From Octopus bimaculoides (lineage: Eukaryota), in assembly GCF_001194135.2 (NCBI RefSeq), contig NC_068984.1, forward strand, positions 52,628,496-52,679,916: 51,421 nt of DNA. The letters are read 5' to 3'. This document shows, in pieces, positions 1 through 11,998 of this stretch. Position 1 is the first letter of the stretch; each line of letters opens with the position of its first letter. A model generated the notes under the pieces. The model was not told where the DNA came from. It was given only the letters and a program-made list of their open reading frames with translations, and did no database searches. The translations under genes and the position numbers were made by a program.

Positions 1-246
1 GGCTTGTGCGGGTGGCACATAAAAGACACCATTTCGAGCGCGGCCGTTTTCGTGCGGGTGACACGTAAAAGCACCCACTACACTCTCTGAGTGGTTGGCG
101 TTAGGAAGGGCATCCAGCTGTAGAAACTCTGCCAAATTAGATTGGAACCTGGTGTTGCCATCCGGTTTCACCAGTCCTCAGTCAAATCGTCCAACCCATG
201 CTAGCATGGAAAGCGGACGTTAAACGCTGATGATGATGATGATGAT
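1..246 (+). mobile_element. Short retroposon (SINE or LINE 3' end, family C) with (GAT)n tail; 5' part lies outside the window
   Basis: Contains TTAGGAAGGGCATCC and ends AAAGCGGACGTTAAACG followed by (GAT)n. A diverged copy lies on the minus strand at 25020-25290. Internal near-duplication GTGCGGGTGRCACRTAAAAG. Confidence 0.75.
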
Positions 247-1067
247 GTTTGGTGCTGATACTGCAGTAAATTTTTTCTGACCTGGCGATCAAATGGCACA
301 ACTCAGTCTATGCTGTTGATTGTGTTTTAGTTAAAGCCACAGCCTTAAATAAGTCTGTCCAGAGTTGCCTCTCTTTGGTAATTTTCATTGATAATGGCTA
401 AAGAGCTTGAAATGCTTCTGAGAATTCAATATGAAGCAGCACTGGACAGATATGGTGCTTTTACATCTTCTTACCATAAGAGAGAATTTTTCCTCCATAG
501 TAACTGCAGTGAATTTGCCTTTAGAAGTTGAAATACATTACAAACATATTTTAACTAATCTAAAGGTCACTTATGCATAAACACTGCTTGGTCCTGATAC
601 TGCTCTAATATATTTATATNNNNNNNNNNNNNNNNNNNNNNNNNNNNNNNNNNNNNNNNNNNNNNNNNNNNNNNNNNNNNNNNNNNNNNNNNNNNNNNNN
701 NNNNNNNNNNNNNNNNNNNNNNNNNNNNNNNNNNNNNNNNNNNNNNNNNNNNNNNNNNNNNNNNNNNNNNNNNNNNNNNNNNNNNNNNNNNNNNNNNNNN
801 NNNNNNNNNNNNNNNNNNNNNNNNNNNNNNNNNNNNNNNNNNNNNNNNNATATATATATATATATATATACATGCATACATGAGCAATACTCATGGAACT
901 TCCAGTTATTTTGAAAATAGTAAGATGGCTGGAAGTTTTTAAAAAACCATGAAATATATCATTTCTTTTGAAATTATACTTTGTTTGAAGCATTTTATTT
1001 TTTAAATGGTGTAAAAGTTTACATAGGTCTGTGGCACTTTCAGCTAATGTCATCTATTATAACCCCG

Positions 1068-1130
1068 ATCCAAGTAAAGCCTTGTGAGTGGATTTGGTAA
1101 GTGGAAACTGATAGAAGCCAGTCATGTGTG
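1068..1130 (+). mobile_element. tRNA-derived SINE family A, internal fragment
   Basis: AAAGCCTTGTGAGTGGATTTGGTA...GAAACTGA..GAAGCC module shared by all family A copies. Confidence 0.7.
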
Positions 1131-2162
1131 TGTGTGTGTGTGTGTATGTGCACGTGCATGTGTGTATGTGCACATGTATAGGTGTTTGTGCCTTCTTGTT
1201 TTGACATCATATGACAGTTGTAAACAAGTGTCACCATTATACAAGCTGTCTCATTTGCTTCTGGTCTTCTATGAATGCATGACCAGTCATGGAGAAATAT
1301 TACCTTACTAGAAAAGTACAAGAAAATCTGCCTTAACAAATCCTGTCAGGCCCATGGAAGCAGTGTATTAATACACACACCCATATGCACATACAAATGT
1401 GCACATACATATTCTGTTGATCCTGTTAATAGACTTTGAATATCATAAAACATCAGAGATATTGAAGTGAAAAGGGAGAGAGCTGAAGCTCACTCGAGAG
1501 TCAAAATGGAAGAGGAAATGATATTGTAATAAAGAGAAAATGAAAGTAGACAATGAGAGTAAAAGATTGATTGAAAGGGAGAAATATGAAGGTTAGAGAA
1601 TGGGGATTAGAAATGAGAGTAAGAACAAGAGAAGAGATTAAGTAAATATATGAGTGCATATGTTTGTGTGTGTATGGTGGGGTGTAACCATGCTCATGTG
1701 GATACATATATTAACCTAATGAAAAAGTATTCAATACAGAAGAGTTATTAGTCAAGTTAATGATAATGACAACAGTAAAAATGACTGATGCTTACCCCAA
1801 GTTCAGTGATACTGCTTTTTCGTTTTAACTAATGTCTTTATTCCTAATGCGATAGTTACCATGAGAGAAACTCTCATACTGGCCTTTAGTGCAAAATGCA
1901 CTCTTGTTTATATTGCTAGCAGGAAGATAAAACCCCTCCATCTCCAGTGCGAGACCACCAGATCACATGATTTTGACCTTCTTTGGTCTTGTCAATGATG
2001 GATACTTGACTGCTTGAGATAGCAGCAATTCATTTCCTTGCCAGTGATATATATAGAATAACAGTGCCAGAACAGGCACTGGTGTTGTAATTAGCCAGTG
2101 AGCTTGGTGAAACTGAATCTTATAATTATCAAAATTCTAAGATTTAAACACCAATATATATC

Positions 2163-2297
2163 GCAGGTGTGACTGTGTGATTAAGAAGCTTGCCTACCAA
2201 CCATGTGGTCATGAGATCAGTCCCACTGCACAGCCCCAGATCAACCAAAGGCTTGTGAGTGTATCTGATCAGCTAAAACTGAAAGAAGCCTGTCAAT
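2163..2297 (+). mobile_element. SINE family A, 5' half
   Basis: Pol III A-box-like GTGACTGTGTG, B-box-like GATCAGTCCC and the body module, ending in (TA)n. Confidence 0.8.
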
Positions 2298-2320
2298 ATA
2301 TGTATATATATATATATATA

Positions 2321-2356
<36 letters not shown>

Positions 2357-2359
<3 letters not shown>

Positions 2360-2791
2360 TTTTACTTGTTTTAGTCATTTGACTGTGGCCATGCTAGAGC
2401 ACCACCTCAAAGGATTTTAGTTGAACAAATCGACCCCAGAACTTATTTTTAAGCCTGGTACTTATTCTATCAGCCCCTTTTGTTGAACCACTAAATCACA
2501 GGGACATAAACACACTAACACCAGTTATCAAGCAGTGGTGGGGGGGACAAACAAAGACACACACACGTAGACATATCCATACATATATACATACATACAT
2601 ACATGTTTCTATATATACATATATATACACGATGAGCTTCTTTCAGTTTCTCTCTATCAAATCCACTCACAAGGCTTTGGTTGGGTGAGGTTATAGTAGA
2701 AGACACTTACCCAAGGTGCCACGTAGTGGTTCTGAACCTGGAACCATGTGGTTGGGAAGCAAGCTTCCTACCACACACCTATGCCTGCGCC
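2357..2791 (-). mobile_element. SINE family A, near full length
   Basis: Reverse complement of head (GGCGCAGG...GGTTCCAGGTTCAG), CORE-like GGCACCTTGGGTAAGTGTCTTCTACTATA, central microsatellite and the ATGACTAAAACAAGTAAAAGA tail. Confidence 0.85.
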
Positions 2792-2804
2792 TATATATAT
2801 ATAT

Positions 2805-3205
2805 CTTTTATTTATTTCACTCATTAGACTGCAGCTAAGCTGGGGCACCACCTTCAAGAATTTTAGTTAAACGAATCAACCCCACTGATTATTATTATTT
2901 TGTTAAACCTTGTACATATTCTATCGACCTCTTTTGCCAAACTGCTAAGTTACAGGAACGTAAATACACCAACACCGGTTGTCAAGTGGTAGTGTGTGGA
3001 GACAGACTCAAAAACACACACACATATGTATATATGTCTATATACGACAGGCTTCTTTCAGTTTCCGTCTACCAAATCCACTCAGAAGGCTTTGGTCAGC
3101 TTGAGGCTATAGCAGAAGACACTTGGTCAAGGTACCATGCAGAGGGACTGAACCTGGAACCATGTGGTCGGGAAGCAAACTTCTTATGACACAGCAATGC
3201 ATGCA

Positions 3206-3207
<2 letters not shown>
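2805..3207 (-). mobile_element. SINE family A, near full length, head-to-tail with the previous copy
   Basis: Same modules as 2357-2791. Confidence 0.85.
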
Positions 3208-3263
<56 letters not shown>

Positions 3264-3470
3264 CACACACACACACACACACATATATAGAAAATTAATG
3301 AAGACAGCAGTTTGAAACGTTTCACCAAAAAGGAAAGCTATAATTGTCACTAAATGTTACCACAATGTTAGAAACAGCTACATTGCTATAGATAAGAGCT
3401 AAAATGCTCTAAAGCAGTAGTCATAGCACATAATCGTACACATATGTGCTGACAGGAACTGTAATCATCT

Positions 3471-3684
3471 GAAAACACTGTTCGAGAATTCCTTATACTG
3501 GTAGTTAGTTCTGTATACACATTAGCGATTCGCTAAATCATCCATAGATTTCTATGATGAAAACATATATACTGATAGAGAATTAAGTCCGGAATCTGCC
3601 GAAGTCGAGCCAGTCCTTACTGACGAGGCAACGGAAATAGCCGAAACTGACTGTCAGTATAGTGAATTCTCGAACGGTGTTTTC
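3471..3684. repeat. 30-bp inverted repeat bracketing the hammerhead
   Basis: 3471-3500 GAAAACACTGTTCGAGAATTCCTTATACTG vs reverse complement of 3655-3684 GAAAACACCGTTCGAGAATTCACTATACTG, 27/30 identical. Confidence 0.85.
3615..3665 (+). ncRNA. Type I hammerhead ribozyme (Penelope/retrozyme-like)
   Basis: CTGACGA (3620-3626); stem II GGC/GCC with 10-nt loop; GAAA (3643-3646); stem III CTGAC-T-GTCAG; GUA cleavage triplet (3657-3659); short stem I (3614-3619 with 3660-3665, one mismatch). Confidence 0.7.
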
Positions 3685-3728
3685 GGACAATCACAGTCCC
3701 TGTCAGTGTATATGTTTATAATTATGTT

Positions 3729-3786
<58 letters not shown>

Positions 3787-4336
3787 AATCCTTCGGTATT
3801 GGTACACGACATCATTCACTCGCACGGCCTTCCTTCTATGGCATAGTATAACGCTCTGATTTTGTAAACCTTCCACGACATAGGAAAAGAGGCTAGGCTG
3901 AAGAAGAGGTAAATGACGTCGTCTCCTTTTACCGACACCTTGGAGACCAATACTGAAGGATCGTCCATATATTTTCATGTGTGTTGTATTTGTCCCCTAC
4001 CACCGCCTCACAACTGATATTGGTGTGTTTACCCCCTCGTAAAATAGCGGTTCAGCAATCGGGAGAAAAAAATAATTACTGAGGTCGAACTGTAATGACT
4101 AATATGTAAAAAGAAAACAAAAAGAGACAAAAGAAAAAAGAAAGAAAGAAATCTGACAGTTGAACAAGATATTATTACGTAAGTAGAAGATAGAGTAACA
4201 AATGTAATGAGAAAACAGAGAGAAAGAATGATACTGAAAGAGGGGAAGAAGAAAAGAGAGAGCCGTGGAGACACAAAATAAAGAGAAAGAAATATTAAAA
4301 AATATATAAATACAAGAGTGGAGGAGGGATAGAGAG

Positions 4337-4378
<42 letters not shown>

Positions 4379-4844
4379 GAAGAAGAGGCGGTAAGAAGTA
4401 CGCCTTTTACCGTATTATAAATGCCGTAACAAATACAATAAATTTTACGTCTCGAGAGTTATGTGTTTGCTAGAGAAGGTGTGTGTGAAAGTAAAAAAAA
4501 GTGTAAGACATTCCGGAGCAATGTGAGAAAAGAAAGAGTGATAGAGAAACAAGCATGAGAAGCGGTCAGATATATGTGTGTGTGTATGTATATATATATA
4601 TATATAAAGGAGGGGGTACTATGTGTGTAATATAGAAGGGAAGGCTGTTTAGTAGAGGAGAGTGTAACGTCTTGAAATACAATGTAAGGTTAGCTTACTA
4701 CCTGTGAAAATTATGAAAGCCACGTTTTTCAAGATACTCAATTAGTATAACGCTCTGATTTTGTCAACCTTGAATCGTGTTTTTTACAACCAGTGCACCG
4801 TAACACTCTGTTTTTGAACGTCTGACAAATAACACATACTTTTT

Positions 4845-4965
4845 ACCTTTTACTTATTTCAGCCCATTGGGCTGCGACCATGTTGGGGCATCGTCTTGAA
4901 GGGTTTTGCTGAATAACTCGACCCCAGTGCCATTTTTTCTTTTTAAGCCTGATATTCATTCTATT
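4845..4965 (-). mobile_element. SINE family A, 3' fragment
   Basis: TTTTACTTATTTCAG...CCATGTTGGGGCA...CGACCCCAG tail module. Confidence 0.7.
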
Positions 4966-5019
4966 AAAGATATAAAATGTCTGAAAAGACGAGATAGTCA
5001 CGAGTAGATTGTCTTTTAT

Positions 5020-5530
5020 CATAGGTCTGCTCGATCAAGGTTAACCTGGAGCTAAACAATAACATCATTTAAATGAATCGACGAAGAATCCTCGTAGTGG
5101 TCACCTGATCTGTAGGCAAAAAAAAAAACAGCTAAATTTTTAAATTACACCTCATCGTCTTTGGGACAGATGACGAAGGACAATACAGTCTCTGATATAC
5201 AGATAAACTCATAGGTCTAAGAACATCCTTGATCTACTCGGCGAGGACTGACTTGGAGCTAAAGCACAACAAGGTATTATATATTTCAAAACAACCTTAG
5301 ACTGAGATCTTGACCTTGTGACCCCATGACTCTGAGCAGCATCGAATAAATAAAAACAAAATGTCAAACACATTCCATCTGTACCTTGATAAGCTTTTTT
5401 TCTCAGCGATCCCAGACAAATCATAGAATTAGCTTTGACAGGATCGCTCTACTTACTAAAACTGACAACCAAATCTTCTTCAGGCCACACCGTGCTGTCT
5501 TAACAAAGGAAAGGAGACATTAGATACTGG
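5020..5530. repeat. Dispersed repeat family F (unclassified retroposon-like), fragments
   Basis: ATCATAGGTCTGCTCGATCAAGG...CCTGGAGCTAAACAA at 5017-5060. Related fragments occur at ~13975, ~25925, ~26140 and ~46205. Confidence 0.6.
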
Positions 5531-6230
5531 CCCATCGCCAGACCTTGGTGCCTGGGGATGCTTTAGAATATTCTGCGTAGGCACTAATTTGTATTGCGGG
5601 AAGAATTTTGGAAACTGTATTTTCTTCTAAATCTGAGGATGTACTATTGATCAATGAGGGGGCACTACGACCCAGTGTACTCCCTTAGCGACGGGCGTGA
5701 TTATATAATGTCTTTGATACTCAAAAAAGATAGGATGCTCATGGATCAAGGTTAATTTGGGATTAAACAATATCACAATCAGCAACAATCGTTCGCACCT
5801 AAATACATTTCCACAAACAATATTTCCTTCTTTGAATGGACAAGGGATAATGAAATTTTCATTTCACACAGTAAGTTGTAGGCGCAGAATGGCCGAATGG
5901 TTGAAAAGTTCGCTTCGCAACTACGACATCCCTAATTCTATCCCACTGCGTGACATTTCGGGCTCATTCCATTTACTATATTATTGGATTGACTTGTATC
6001 CTGTGAGTGAAATCGGGTACGTGGAAACTATAGAAAGCTATCGAGTGAATTGTGCCTATACTCTAAACGGTACAGGTTTCTCACACAGTGCGTCACACTG
6101 GTTCTGCCTGAGAATTACATCAAAATTGTGTGTGTGTGTGTGTGTGTCTGAATTCTCGTCTTCGATAAATATGCATAGATATCAGTGTTTTATATGTATG
6201 CCACACCATTCACTTTAAATACAGAACTTT

Positions 6231-6790
6231 GGCGTGGGTGCGTGATAAGAAGCTTGTTTCCCAACAACATGGTCCCGAATCCCATTGCGTGACATCTTAG
6301 TCAAGTGTCTTCTACTATTGCCTCGGGCTGATCAAAGCTTTCTGAGTGGGTTTGGTAGACGGTAACTGAAAGAGGTCCGTCGTATATATATANNNNNNNN
6401 NNNNNNNNNNNNNNNNNNNNNNNNNNNNNNNNNNNNNNNNNNNNNNNNNNNNNNNNNNNNNNNNNNNNNNNNNNNNNNNNNNNNNNNNNNNNNNNNNNNN
6501 NNNNNNNNNNNNNNNNNNNNNNNNNNNNNNNNNNNNNNNNNNNNNNNNNNNNNNNNNNNTATATACACACAAATGTGTGTGTATGTGTTTGTCCTCCACC
6601 ACCACTTGACAACTGCTGTTGGTGTGCTTACGTCCCCGTAACTTAGCGGTTTGGCGAAAGATACCGACAGAATAAGTACTAGGCTTTGCAAAAAAAAAAT
6701 GCTAGGTACTGGGGTCGATTCGTTCGACTAAAATTCTTCAAGGTGGTACTCCAGCATGGCCACAGTCTACTAACAAAAACAGGTAAAAGA
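6231..6790 (+). mobile_element. SINE family A, full length, central microsatellite collapsed into an N-gap
   Basis: Head, body and 3' modules flank gap 6393-6559. Confidence 0.85.
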
Positions 6791-8448
6791 CTAACAAGAT
6801 TTTACGTCTTAAATCTGGAAAATAAAATAGTTTGGGCATAACTGGCATTGAAACCACAGATTCTGCTATCAGTTACTAACTAATTATTATAGGAGTGGTG
6901 CTATAGCACAAACCTTCTAAAAACGAATCCTGAAATTTTCTGTGAACTGTGCTAACACTAGGTTCAGTATTTCAAAATGATTTCAAGTTCCACAGAAGCA
7001 ATTCTTAGATTCCAGTAATTGGCTGGCACTGTATGTTATTATTGACCCTGGAAGAATGAAAGGCAAAATTAACCTCGGCGTGACTTGAATTCAAAATGTA
7101 ACGAACCAGAAGAAATACCACAAGACAATTTCCTGGCGCTTTATTCAGGCCCGGTTTTAAGCCAAACAGATTTATTCAAATTGGGTCACTTTTTGGTCGG
7201 GACTGGCGAACTACACGAAGCATAAAACATCAATCTTCAGCTTTTGATGAATAGAGGGCCCTATTGCCAATTCTCTTATTGGCAGTGGCGTGCGGTGACT
7301 TCCGGGGTTGGGCATGCAATGAATTTCTCCCCCCCCCCCGGCAATTTTTCAGTAAAAGAATTTTCGTATTCCTAGTATTTACATATGGGAGNNNNNNNNN
7401 NTCAGTAAAAGAATTTTCGTATTCCTAGTATTTACATATGGGAGATTCTGAATATGCAATCACCCCCGTATGACCTAGAATAAGCAGGGAATAAAAAATG
7501 GCTCTGTAGAAATGAGCCTGAAATAAGTGTATAGGAAAGTTGGTTATACATCATTAGATGTATATCTGACTTTCCTATATAAAATTAAGAATATAACGGA
7601 ACGCTGAACTCCAGACTATCAACCTAAACAACATTTATTCAGGTGGTAAATATATACATCTTTAGCTCTTGTTTGTAGTTACAGCTTCTGTGTGTGTGAG
7701 CATAGTTGTTAGGACGTTGGTATGTAGATGTAAGCGAGCTGTCGAGTGTAAGTCCGAAAGATGAAGAGAGACAGCTAAACACGTAAAGAGACTGTCTCCA
7801 GAGTTGGAATGTTGGAGACACTGCTTGNNNNNNNNNNNNNNNNNNNNNNNNNNNNNNNNNNNNNNNNNNNNNNNNNNNNNNNNNNNNNNNNNNNNNNNNN
7901 NNNNNNNNNNNNNNNNNNNNNNNNNNNNNNNNNNNNNNNNNNNNNNNNNNNNNNNNNNNNNNNNNNNNNNNNNNNNNNNNNNNNNNNNNNNNNNNNNNNN
8001 NNNNNNNNNNNNNNNNNNNNNNNNNNNNNNNNNNNNNNNNNNNNNNNNNNNNNNNNNNNNNNNNNNNNNNNNNNNNNNNNATAAGAAATATAGTATAGAT
8101 AATATTTTTGTTTTCAGAACACTCCAAAAATATAATAGTGCAAACAGATGTTTTGGATAAAAAAAAAATTCAAACTTACCGCTAGATTATTCCGCCATTT
8201 CAGCTGGCTAACTCAGGAATTATGGGACTGTTCTTGTTTTGGCCAGAAAGTGGAACGAGGTTAGCAACAATTCTACAATAACAAAGAGACAGAGAGGGGG
8301 GTGTCATGTGGTCTTCTCAAAGCAGACGTATGAGTCATTGAGAGAGAGGAAGGGGAGGCAGAATATTTCGAAAACACCTGGACAGATTTTCTTTGAAGCA
8401 AAGTAACTATTTTATCTAATTTTCCGATGATATGGATAAAAAATCACA

Positions 8449-8633
8449 GGTATACAAGTTGAATTTTTCAGACCAAATTTTACAGCCAATAAAGGTAGGT
8501 TAACTATTGCACCAAGACAACTTTGGAGGACCAAAACTGCTCATGTAAAATGCAGCAGGATTTGGAAAGACAGTGACAATTTTTGAATGTTTACACTATA
8601 TATTACGTCGACTTCTATGCCGAAAATACGGTA
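8449..8633. mobile_element. pogo/Tigger-like MITE
   Basis: Right end TCGACTTCTATGCCGAAAATACGG|TA (8608-8633); degenerate left end GGTATACAAGTTGAATTTTTCAGACC. A better-preserved left end of the same family is at 45548 (CGTATTTTCCGGCATACAAGTCGAATTTTTCAGACC). Confidence 0.6.
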
Positions 8634-8672
8634 CAGTAATGGAAAGATTTAATAAAAACACTAAATAATTAT

Positions 8673-9330
8673 TTCTAATTCAGGCATAATTTGGTGAGAG
8701 GTGGCTAGTCGATTACATCGATCCCCCAGTACTTAGATGACTCTTATAGCATTGACCTCTGAAAGAATGCAAAGGAAAGTCGGTCTCAGTGGAATTTGAA
8801 CTCTGAACGTAATGAGTCGGAAGAAAATGCCGTTAATCATTTTATCCAACGTGCTTATCATTCTGCCAGCTTACTACCTTAAAGACCAGAAATAATAATA
8901 ATAATCCTTTCTACTATAGGCACAAGGTCTGAAATTTGGAGGAGGAGGACAGTCGATTATATCATCCCCAGTACTCAACTGGTACTTCATTTATCGACCC
9001 TGAAAGGATGGAAGGCAAAGTCGACCTTAGCGGAATTTGAACTCAGAACGTAGCGACGGGCAAAACACTTTTAGCATTTCGTTCAGCATGCTAACAATTC
9101 TGCTAGCTCGTCACCTTAATAATAATAATGATGATGATAATTGTTTCTTAAATCGGTACAAGGCCTGAAATTTGGGTGAGAGTTAGTTGACTACATCGAC
9201 TCTCGTATTTGATTGGTATTTTTATGGATCCCGGAAAGATGAAAGACGAAGTTAACCTCTGCAGGATTTGAACTCAGAACGTAAAGAATCGAAACTAAAT
9301 ACTGCTTTAATGATTCCACCAATAGTAATA
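8673..9330 (-). mobile_element. Three head-to-tail SINE family B copies (8673-8881, 8906-9118, 9141-9330)
   Basis: Each carries the GTCGATTA.ATCGA...AAAGTCGACC..GGAATTTGAACTC modules; copies are separated by (AAT)/(GAT) tails. Confidence 0.8.
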
Positions 9331-10025
9331 AAGTGCCTGGGCCAGGATGTCAGGGAATTATTACAAGCATGCGTGCGCGTGCCTGGTGAGTGATTCGGAA
9401 TAAAAGGTAAACTACCTGGTTGACTAACCGATTTTGGTATACTATCGATTTCTATTTGTAGCCATTTCACTTCTCACAATGCTTATAAACTTGTATAAGC
9501 ATATATGTCACTACTTCTCGTTCCCCTTTCATAGATTGTATAATACAATGATGAATGACGTTATATATTAGGTACATACAATTTAGTGCTCGTGTCAAAT
9601 TTGTGTCTAAAGTCCAGCTTTAAATGCAGGGATGTGATAGCTTCCTAAAGGAAGATTGACTGAAGGCAATGCATCGATGACGGTATACGTTGCCACAAAA
9701 TTTCAATGCAGGCAACACGCTGAGAACGGCACCAATTACGCAACCATTCTAGAAACAGCTGTAAAGATCTTCTCTCTCATTGCCAAGTTTTTTTTTTTTA
9801 CCTGTGACATTATTCATCTGCCTATCAAACTATGTCATATCAACACTATGAACTTTCTTTCTACCTCATCCTGGTGTCTATCTGTTTACATCGCAACTAT
9901 TAATAAATTTCAGTCGAAACCTTTCCTGACCTCCTGCTCTATTTGTTTTTCTTTATATGCAGTATTAAGTATAAATATATCATAATCTGATATGACACTC
10001 GTTGTCGGCTGTTTATGCTTTTATT

Positions 10026-10118
<93 letters not shown>

Positions 10119-10270
10119 TTATATATACAGACAGATAACGATAGAATTGTAACTTCGAAGTTTTGCCAAGTACAAGCGTTTTCCCTTAATAAGACTTTAC
10201 ATTTGGCAGAGTTATACTTTGATGTTTTTTTAATTTTAACTACATGTGTATGTGCGCGCGCGCGTGTATG

Positions 10271-10307
<37 letters not shown>

Positions 10308-11520
10308 AGAGAGACTTCATATAGTTTAGATGGAAATAATTATTATGACTAAGTTCCTTTTTTTTTTTTTTTCTTTAGCACAATTTTTCTGTACTTTCAT
10401 TATAGGACTATTTTGAAAACTTAAGTGTCTCTCCATTTATGTTAGTCGACACAATAACTATTTATATGTCGCTTGCAATTTACACAAAGACCAGCATAAT
10501 TTCCAGCTGCTAATGTTTTGGTAATCTAGTTTTTCTATATTGTTGGTTGGTAACCTACAGCTGTAAACCTCTATAATGTTTTCGTGTTTTATATTTAGAA
10601 AGAGTCTGGTTAAGAAAGTAGAATTTTGCCATGCAGTAAATTTTTCTTTCCTTTATTATTAGCGAAGTTATGATAAATATCTCTTGTACATTTTCTCGTT
10701 GAATATTTTGCTTACCAAGTATTCAACGAATAATTCGTTATGGCTAGTCTATTTAAGCATGTTTAATTTGACTCTTAACGAATGTTACAAAGTGGCGAAC
10801 TTATATATGAAGTGTGTATTAATGAAATTTAATACCTACCGTAGAATATATTTCTTTTTTTATATATATGCATTAGCGCTGTATATCTGAATATGCTTAT
10901 ATTCAAACTGGCTGTGATGTAATGTATTAAAGTCGCTGACAGCTGGGATGATAGTCTAATAGTTAAATTAACGTTAATATATTTAAGGCGGGGATCATTC
11001 AAAAGCTAATTAGAAATAACTATGCAGTGAGCTAACAAGAAATAATTATGTGACAAATATGGAAGACATATTTGAAACTGTTTCGGTTGTATAATCTAAC
11101 CATCGAAGGAAAGTCTTCAAAGTACACAAGTAATCGTAGGGAAAGCAGATGTGTTTGGAGAATATGACCGAATGCTTTTATCGTCTCACTAGCGGTGCGT
11201 TTGTGAACAAGACATTTAACCTTCGTTGACTATTCAGCTGTATATAGACATCACAAGCTGGTCCAGCTCAGCAGAGCAACACTGTACTTTTTTATGTTTA
11301 ATTCAAGGATCATTAAAAAGTAGGAATATTATACGATTAATGCTGGGTTAAAATTCTTTCGTTAGTGCCGAGAGGTGTAAGATATATCTCGTCAAACCAA
11401 GATGCTTGCAATACATTACATGAAGATGGAGTCTTCAATGTTTTAAATCATCCCAATAAGTCATGAGAGTTGCTACTATACGTACGTGTGTGCGCGCACA
11501 CACAAGCACACACGCATATA

Positions 11521-11653
11521 GCTTGCTTCCCAACCACATGGTTCTAGGTTCAGGCTTACTGCGTGGCACCTTGGGCAAGTGTCGTCTACTATAGCTCCAC
11601 TCCGGCCAAAGCCTTGTGAGTGGATTTAGCAGACGGAAACTGAAAGAAGCCCA

Positions 11654-11710
<57 letters not shown>

Positions 11711-11890
11711 GTCCTCCCACCACTGACAATTGGTGTTTACGTCCCCGTAAGTTAACGGTTCAACAAAAGAATTCGATAGAATAAGTACAAGGCATTAAGA
11801 AAGTACTGGGTTCGATTCATTTGACTAAAAATTCGTCAAGGCGGTGCCCCATGCATGGCCGCAATCCAATGAAGGAAACAAGTAAAAGAT
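11521..11890 (+). mobile_element. SINE family A, 5'-truncated, followed by (GATA)n
   Basis: GCTTGCTTCCCAACCACATGGTTC...GTGGCACCTTGGGCAAGTG, central (TG)n and 3' module. Confidence 0.85.
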
Positions 11891-11909
11891 GATAGATAGA
11901 TAGATAGAC

Positions 11910-11944
<35 letters not shown>

Positions 11945-11945
11945 C

Positions 11946-11998
<53 letters not shown>
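11890..11998. repeat. (GATA)n microsatellite
   Basis: Direct reading. Confidence 0.95.

Noticed and set aside
474-502. Minus-strand 29-nt micro-exon candidate (CAG|TTACTATGG...TTATG|GTAAGA)
   Set aside because: The acceptor lies in a dispersed repeat also present at 37627-37673, and no partner exons were found.
5757-6218. 153-aa ORF
   Set aside because: Overlaps a decayed SINE-like head (5880-6110) and a (TG)n tract.
7349-7444. Exact 43-bp direct repeat flanking a 10-N gap
   Set aside because: Typical unmerged contig overlap at a scaffold gap; an assembly artefact.
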